Positions 58,540 through 64,000 of a DNA stretch of 64,000 nucleotides are shown here, one piece after another. The translations under genes and the position numbers were made by a program. Position 1 is the stretch's first letter. Each line of letters opens with the position of its first letter. The notes beneath the pieces were generated by a model, which was not told where the DNA came from, made no database searches, and was given only the letters and a program-made list of their open reading frames with translations. The DNA is from an uncultured Candidatus Berkelbacteria bacterium (GTDB lineage Bacteria > Patescibacteriota > UBA1384 > 2-12-FULL-50-11): the NCBI GenBank assembly GCA_903839975.1, contig CAIMEH010000013.1:15999-79998 (forward strand), read 5' to 3'.

Positions 58540-59502
58540 ATGATGGGAAGCGAATTAAAGCTTTCGAGATTCGTTCATGCATTCGATATTGAAGATTCCC
58601 TGGCGCTCTTCCACTCATTTCGCGTGGATACTGTGTTTTTGCCGAAGGAGTCTCGCGACTTGTTGGATAGGCTAAGACTAGGAGTTTCTCCTACCGAGGC
58701 GAGGAAAATGTTTGGCACGAAGTCGACTAAAACTCTGACTGATAAATATTTTCTGGTCGACTCGTCATACGACGAAATTGCTGAGTTACAGAAATGCGTT
58801 CGTAAGGATGTTTCGGGAACGTACTTCCATACGATGTACCTTCTTCTTGCAGAACCGTGCAACCTCGACTGCGGGTATTGCTTCTTTCAGGACGAGATGC
58901 CGGTTAGAAAAACAGGCGACCGTATCATGAAGGAGTCGACGGCCAAAAACGCACTGGATTTATTCAGTACATGGGCTGAGAAGAAACAACCCGCGACAAT
59001 TATCCTCTATGGAGGCGACCCGTTGATAAACATGAGGACGTTAAAGTTTGCTATCTCCTACACTGACCAATTGGTAAGCGAAGGTAAATTGCACGCTGAC
59101 ACGGTTGTCTCGATTGTCTGCAACGGCACTCTAATCAACGAGGACTTTGTTGAGTTCCTGAAGAGCTTCGGCCGAAGAGTGTCTCTAGGGATATCTCTCG
59201 ACGGCCCGCGGCACATTCATGACTTTTGGCGAAAAGACAAGAAGAAGCGGGGCTCGTATGACCGAGCGATTGCAGGGTATACACTTGCGAAGGAGGGAGG
59301 CTTGAGCCCGTCTATATCTTGCACGCTTGCGCCCAACAATCTCCCTGAGATTGACGCAATCACTGACTGGCTAATTGAAATGGAGCCGGCTGGAATGAGT
59401 TTCAATCTACTGGCCGATACATCCAAATTGCACATGGATGCTAAATACGCCGAAGACGCAACTAACGCTATGATCAGGGCGTTTAAGCGTTTAAGCGTTT
59501 AA
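58540..59502 (+). CDS. radical SAM maturase B, rSAM core. It is terminated by a stop created within a (gcgtttaa)x3 tandem repeat and continues in the SPASM ORF 59508-59921.
   Basis: CNLDCGYCFF CxxxCxxC motif. Confidence 0.8.
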   Translation: MMGSELKLSRFVHAFDIEDSLALFHSFRVDTVFLPKESRDLLDRLRLGVSPTEARKMFGTKSTKTLTDKYFLVDSSYDEIAELQKCVRKDVSGTYFHTMYLLLAEPCNLDCGYCFFQDEMPVRKTGDRIMKESTAKNALDLFSTWAEKKQPATIILYGGDPLINMRTLKFAISYTDQLVSEGKLHADTVVSIVCNGTLINEDFVEFLKSFGRRVSLGISLDGPRHIHDFWRKDKKKRGSYDRAIAGYTLAKEGGLSPSISCTLAPNNLPEIDAITDWLIEMEPAGMSFNLLADTSKLHMDAKYAEDATNAMIRAFKRLSV

Positions 59503-59507
59503 GACAG

Positions 59508-59921
59508 GTGGGTATCTATGAGGACCGAATGATGCGGAAGGTGGACTCATTCACCGACGGCAGGAGATTCTACAAGGACTGTGCTGGCTACGGGGAACAA
59601 GTTGTAATCGCGCCCGATGGAGATATCGGACCATGCCATGCCCATACGGCAACTCGTAAATACTTCCGGGCAAACGTTAACACGCCTGGAGAGTTCGATC
59701 CTAGGAACGATTCAACTTTCGTTGAATGGAGTCAAAGGTCGCCCTTTACAATGCCCGAGTGTATTGGCTGCGAGGCTCTCGGCGTATGTGGTGGCGGTTG
59801 TGCCGCTAATGCCGAGAGAAGATCGGGAAGTATGCGTGGACTAGACGACTTGTTTTGTATTCACGCTAAGCAGGTCTTGGCCTGGATGATAACCGACCTG
59901 TACCTCGGTATGAATAGCTAG
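59508..59921 (+). CDS. SPASM-domain C-terminal fragment of maturase B (separate ORF in this assembly)
   Basis: CIGCEALGVCGGGCAANAE SPASM Cys cluster. Its frame is restored to the rSAM core if one 8-bp repeat unit is removed. Confidence 0.7.
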   Translation: MGIYEDRMMRKVDSFTDGRRFYKDCAGYGEQVVIAPDGDIGPCHAHTATRKYFRANVNTPGEFDPRNDSTFVEWSQRSPFTMPECIGCEALGVCGGGCAANAERRSGSMRGLDDLFCIHAKQVLAWMITDLYLGMNS

Positions 59922-59948
59922 CTCGCTAACAGCGAAACTAACAATGGC

Positions 59949-60635
59949 CTATCCCAGCAGGGATAGGCCTCTTTCTATAAATTCGTTAATATCTTTAATT
60001 GCAATATCGGTAAGTTCCTTTTGAGATTTCACCAACTCAGGATAGTTATGGTCGGTATAAGCACCGGTTTTGTCCCAAGGCCATAAGCTTTTTAATACAG
60101 GGTCTAATCCAGTAATTGCAAATGCATATATTTCTGCAAGTTTCCAAGTGATTTGGTCTGGTACGTCTGGATAACCCGAGCGCATTTTAGAAAAAAATTG
60201 GGTAATTACTAATTCGTGAGCTGTAATTCGTCGTTGTTCTCTGAAATCTTTATTCCATATACGCGCAACTTTATTTCCGCCCCAATTACTTATTCCTGGA
60301 TGGAATAAACTGACAACACATTCATAATTCTTATGAGCGAGCGGAAATTTTGTTAGTTCGGCAAGGCGCTTGAAAAATTTTTCATCAATTTCATCCCAAC
60401 CTTTTTGGTATTCAGATATTACTTTGTCTAGTTTGTCACCAGTTTCTGAATATCTTTTGTCGACAATCTTTTCAGAAAGTTTTTTATCACCTCTCGCAAT
60501 CCTTTTTGCATCTCCCGTATTAATATTCATAACTTGAGCATATTCAAGAATACCTTCTTCGCTTCTGCCCTGAAGCATTATAGAAATCATCTCGGTGTCG
60601 TATTCTTTGTCTTTAATAAATTTAAGTAGTGACAT
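59949..60635 (-). CDS. hypothetical protein (228 aa), convergent with maturase B
   Basis: ORF that shares the upstream motif ttttgacgcggagggggag with the HExxH gene. Confidence 0.45.
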   Translation of the reverse strand: MSLLKFIKDKEYDTEMISIMLQGRSEEGILEYAQVMNINTGDAKRIARGDKKLSEKIVDKRYSETGDKLDKVISEYQKGWDEIDEKFFKRLAELTKFPLAHKNYECVVSLFHPGISNWGGNKVARIWNKDFREQRRITAHELVITQFFSKMRSGYPDVPDQITWKLAEIYAFAITGLDPVLKSLWPWDKTGAYTDHNYPELVKSQKELTDIAIKDINEFIERGLSLLG

Positions 60636-60720
60636 ACTGCGATTATATACTCTCGATTAGCCAATTACACAATTTTGACGCGGAGGGGGAGGTTGGGTAA
60701 TAGAAATTAAACCGCCGCCC

Positions 60721-61008
60721 CTATTGGGGGCGGCGTTCATGATTGAGCGTCCAGTAGTACTGGAAGACGGCAGCAGCAGCAATGAATACTGCTGGCGTGT
60801 CAGATATCTTTAAGAACGTGTCTGGCTTTGTCCAGCCATACAGCGCCCAAAAAAGAATATTAAAGAATACGAGTAGGATGATATAGGGCGATACGTCCCT
60901 AACAGATCCGGTCTTCCGAACTCTTAACATCTGGAGCGGCAAACCGACCCAAGTAGTTATGATGGAAAAACTAACGGCGAAGAATCCAAAAACTGTGCTT
61001 GGTATCAA
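60721..61008 (-). CDS. SemiSWEET/PQ-loop family small transporter (95 aa, 3 TM)
   Basis: PQ-loop motif GLPLQML. Confidence 0.6.
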   Translation of the reverse strand: MIPSTVFGFFAVSFSIITTWVGLPLQMLRVRKTGSVRDVSPYIILLVFFNILFWALYGWTKPDTFLKISDTPAVFIAAAAVFQYYWTLNHERRPQ

Positions 61009-61079
61009 CTAACCCTCCATACAAATCTTGTGAACTATACCATTCAACAGGTTAAAAGTCAAGTAGTATGGTCTAATTT

Positions 61080-61108
61080 TTGACGGTCTAAGTATTTGTC
61101 TGTAAATT
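61080..61108 (+). promoter_or_regulatory. sigma70-like promoter TTGACG-17-TAAATT for the GNAT-MT operon
   Basis: Read directly from the sequence, 10 nt before the ATG. Confidence 0.5.
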
Positions 61109-61118
61109 TTACCTATAC

Positions 61119-61664
61119 ATGATTTCTTTTTTGCGTGCCAAGCCGAAAGTTGAAAAAATTCTCGTCAAAGACGACCTTTTTTCGAAGGTAGCAGAGATGC
61201 GCTATAAGATTTACTGCGAAGAACTTGGGTTTCTAGAGAAGAAAAAATACCCAGAGAAGAGAGAGATGGACGAGTACGATGGTCAGTCGATTCACGTGGT
61301 AGTTAAGGTCGGTAACCGCATGGCAGGTTACGCCAGAGTTATTCTTCCCAATGGCAAGAAGTTGCCTATATTTGAAAACTTTAAAGTTCCGGAAGAGAAA
61401 GATCCTCATCATGCCTGTGAAATATCTCGTTTTATGATTTCCAAAGCTTATAGACATAAAGATGAAACAAGACGTGAAATATTTAAGCTTCTAGCCGAAG
61501 AAATTTTGAAGATAGTTGAAGAGCAAGAAGTAAAAGTTGTTTATGCAGTTGTTGAGGAGTGGCTTCTGAAAAGTCTTCAAAAGAGAGGGTATGAATTTGA
61601 AAAAATTGGAGAAGGACACTTCCACATGGGTGCGGTGACTTACCCAATTAAGCTCGTGCTATGA
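61119..61664 (+). CDS. GNAT-fold N-acyltransferase of the LuxI/FeeM (autoinducer-synthase-like, N-acyl amino acid synthase) family
   Basis: MRYKIYCEELGF, EYDGQSIHVVVKVGNRMAGYARV and EISRFMISKAYR align with the LuxI/FeeM conserved blocks. Confidence 0.65.
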   Translation: MISFLRAKPKVEKILVKDDLFSKVAEMRYKIYCEELGFLEKKKYPEKREMDEYDGQSIHVVVKVGNRMAGYARVILPNGKKLPIFENFKVPEEKDPHHACEISRFMISKAYRHKDETRREIFKLLAEEILKIVEEQEVKVVYAVVEEWLLKSLQKRGYEFEKIGEGHFHMGAVTYPIKLVL

Positions 61665-62689
61665 GCTCTCTGGCCCAATTTTTCACGAGCTGGGCAAGTA
61701 CGATTCAGTCAAGCTACGGTGTAAATCCGTGGATATTTATTGTTATTTACCTCGCTACCCTACCTTTTACTTGGTGGTTATTTTTTCTGATAGTTTTCTC
61801 GCTAAAAGATAAAAAATACTCCAAAGCCGGTTATTTTATTGTGCTCGAGCTAATTTTACTTGCGCTACCATACCTGTATCTTCTGATCTATATGCAAAAT
61901 ATTCACTGGTTGATAAGGGTGGCGGTAGTTATTCTAATATTCTGGTCATTTGTTTCTTTAAGAAAAAGGCTGCTACGCAAACAAAACGACTGGGATGATA
62001 TTGCTAAAGACTATGATTCAATCTCGAATATCTCAAAGGCTCATAAAGAAAAGATTGGCTATGTGTCAGAACTGGCGACCAAAAATAGTCCGAAAACAAT
62101 TCTAGATTTAGGTTGTGGCAGCGGCGTGATAGAAAAGAAGCTAGATGAGATGGGGTATAGAGGCGAGGTTACTTCTCTCGATTCTTCGGAAGAGATGTTG
62201 AAGATTGCCAAGAAGCACAGCTATAAAAACTTCAAACCCAATTTTATCTACCAGGACTTGAATGCTCAGCTACCCTTCAGGGAAGAGAAATTTGATTCAA
62301 TTATTATGGTCAACGTTCTGTTCTGCCTAAGGGACCAGAAGTCCTTTTTAGAGAGTGTGAATAAATTGCTAACAACGGATGGCAGTTTTGTATTGGTAAA
62401 TCCAAAGCCGATACCAACAACTGCCAACTTTTTCTCGGAACATTTCAAAGGTCTAAACCTGGTGGGGAAAATAAGGGAAATAGGAAGAGTAATTATTAAC
62501 ATTCCTGGATTAATCCATCTATTAGTATTCCAGAACAAATTAGATTCACAGGAAAAAAATAAAGATTCTTACGACTACAAAGATAAAGACGAGCTTGCAA
62601 CCCTCCTTAAAGGAGCTGGTTTGCTGGTGGAAAAAGTGGAGGAGATACAGGCTAACCAGAACTGGCTTTTCTACTGTAAAAAAGCCTAA
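61661..62689 (+). CDS. membrane-anchored class I SAM-dependent methyltransferase
   Basis: N-terminal 3-4 TM helices. SAM-binding motif I ILDLGCGSGV, with post-I and motif II also present. Confidence 0.75.
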   Translation: MSSLAQFFTSWASTIQSSYGVNPWIFIVIYLATLPFTWWLFFLIVFSLKDKKYSKAGYFIVLELILLALPYLYLLIYMQNIHWLIRVAVVILIFWSFVSLRKRLLRKQNDWDDIAKDYDSISNISKAHKEKIGYVSELATKNSPKTILDLGCGSGVIEKKLDEMGYRGEVTSLDSSEEMLKIAKKHSYKNFKPNFIYQDLNAQLPFREEKFDSIIMVNVLFCLRDQKSFLESVNKLLTTDGSFVLVNPKPIPTTANFFSEHFKGLNLVGKIREIGRVIINIPGLIHLLVFQNKLDSQEKNKDSYDYKDKDELATLLKGAGLLVEKVEEIQANQNWLFYCKKA

Positions 62690-62855
62690 GCAGGGCAGGG
62701 CTCGCCCCAAAAAGATAACAGCAAGACCCTGGGTCATTCCTAGTGTGGGTTTCCCCATGTTACTTTTAAAACTCGTGTGCACTATAGTGCAGTTGCGAGT
62801 GTTTTGGGATATAATATGCCCAGTTTGATCCTTTACAGAGACGGAACGATTAACT

Positions 62856-64000
62856 ATGGAAACTGCCACGAGAATATATGAATTTTCTGTCGGAGAAAGG
62901 CAATACACTTTTGACGGCGACGGCCTAAGGCTGTTTGAGGGCTCCTGTCTTCCAACGTCAGATTCTTTGCCCAACCAACCTAGTAATTTAATTGAAACGA
63001 GACCTGCCTTTCTGAGGAATCTCGCTCTTAATTTAACTAATAACTGTAACTTTTGCTGTGGCTACTGTTATGCCAAGCAGGGTAACTACGACATACCAGG
63101 TCTAGTAATGACGCTTGACACTGCCAAGCACGGCATTGATCTTCTTTGCGAATCAGTTAGAAAGAATGATAGCGAGAAGGCAACTATTGCCTTGTTTGGT
63201 GGCGAGCCACTCCTCGAGTTTGAGCTAATTAAAGAAATAGTTGCTTACACGAAAAGGAATATGCCTACTTCAACGTCAATCCAATACCTGATTACGACCA
63301 ACGGCACTCTCATCGACAAAGAAGTTGCTGAGTTCATGCAGGAGAATGGTTTTATCGTCACTGTCAGTATAGATGGGGACGAGGAGACTCACGACGCTTA
63401 CCGCCGCTACAAAAAAATTGGTACAGGAACCTACAACGATGTTGTTGCTGCTGCTAAACTTCTGCAAGGTAAGGTCCCCCTAACAGGTAGGCTTACTGTT
63501 GCCGAAAGAACGCCCGATGTTTGCGCTTCGGTTTTGGCGGTTAAGGCCGCCGGATTTGATCGCATTACCTACGCTTTCGACTACAGAATGAGCGAAGAAG
63601 CCTTCCAGGCTAGCCTAATCTCAGTCGAAAAATTACTTGTTGCATACGAAGATTCTATTAAGGCTGGAGACTATTACGATATTACCAACGTTACGGAGCC
63701 AATCACTTCAATTGTCCTAAAAAGGAAGAAGCGGTCGCACTGTAACGCTGGCCTTTCGTATTTGTCACTGTCAGCCGATGGGGCGATACATCGTTGCCCG
63801 AGATTTACAGGCATAAAACAGTTCTCTCTCGGCAAGATTCAAGAGAATAACCTACTTAGGGTCGAAAGTTCGATCCAAAGCTACCAACGCTCTCTCGGAA
63901 GAAATGCCGGGGACAGAGTTACCGGTTGCTACGACTGCGCTTTCGTCCATCTGTGTGGCGGCCTTTGCTCCCATCAATCGTTTACTGAATCCGGCTCAGA
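62856..64000 (+). CDS. radical SAM / SPASM-domain protein C; 3' end beyond the window
   Basis: CNFCCGYC rSAM motif. Downstream Cys clusters CNAGLSYL...CPRF...CYDCAFVHLCGGLCS. The frame is open to the window end. Confidence 0.8.
   Translation, partial: METATRIYEFSVGERQYTFDGDGLRLFEGSCLPTSDSLPNQPSNLIETRPAFLRNLALNLTNNCNFCCGYCYAKQGNYDIPGLVMTLDTAKHGIDLLCESVRKNDSEKATIALFGGEPLLEFELIKEIVAYTKRNMPTSTSIQYLITTNGTLIDKEVAEFMQENGFIVTVSIDGDEETHDAYRRYKKIGTGTYNDVVAAAKLLQGKVPLTGRLTVAERTPDVCASVLAVKAAGFDRITYAFDYRMSEEAFQASLISVEKLLVAYEDSIKAGDYYDITNVTEPITSIVLKRKKRSHCNAGLSYLSLSADGAIHRCPRFTGIKQFSLGKIQENNLLRVESSIQSYQRSLGRNAGDRVTGCYDCAFVHLCGGLCSHQSFTESGS

Noticed and set aside
62816-62881. 22-codon ORF MPSLILYRDGTINYGNCHENI immediately upstream of and overlapping rSAM C, as a possible third precursor
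   Set aside because: Its ATG lies inside or just after the -10 box, there is no RBS, and it overlaps the rSAM start out of frame. It is unlikely to be translated.

Overview
This is a gene-dense 64-kb chromosomal segment, most likely from a small-genome Patescibacteria/CPR-like bacterium (standard genetic code, many short hypothetical and membrane proteins, a SemiSWEET transporter and a diversity-generating retroelement, DGR, are all consistent with this). The taxon is an inference. Most of the window is housekeeping: H+-PPase (partial), pyrG, PGM/PMM, trpS, groES-groEL, IMPase, efp, rpsF-ssb-rpsR, xerC/D-type recombinase, M16 peptidase, ndk, MraY/WecA-like transferase, dnaE, rpmA, rplS, yraN, gltX, tRNA-Gln, dus, pspC-domain protein, gdh, a P-type ATPase, a CheY-like receiver, tRNA-Glu, hisS, ileS and plsC. 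Two accessory islands stand out.

1. A complete DGR at about 32.0-35.3 kb. It has a target ORF with a C-terminal 120-bp variable region (VR), a 120-bp template region (TR) 275 bp downstream showing adenine-specific mismatches, a divergently oriented Avd-like frame with no canonical start codon, and a reverse transcriptase carrying the DGR-type I/LGxxxSQ motif. The cassette and an adjacent HTH regulator gene are bracketed by three copies of a perfect palindrome.

2. A RiPP-like biosynthetic cluster at about 55.7 kb to the window end. It contains two short Cys-rich precursor-like ORFs, one of them extremely Asp/Cys-rich and ranthipeptide-like, each followed by an attenuator hairpin and a radical-SAM/SPASM maturase. 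One maturase is split by a triple 8-mer tandem repeat. There is also an HExxH protein, a LuxI/FeeM-like GNAT acyltransferase, a membrane-anchored methyltransferase and a third rSAM/SPASM gene that runs off the window.

Other points of note are an AdoMetDC-NNMT-family methyltransferase fusion, a YefM-like protein with a roughly 330-aa proline-rich tail, tRNA-derived degenerate repeats next to tRNA-Gln, conserved promoter and terminator motifs reused at distant loci, and the absence of any CRISPR array. CDS coordinates follow the supplied ORF track, with starts adjusted where RBS or homology argued for it. Coordinates of non-CDS elements were read by eye and may be off by 1-2 nt.
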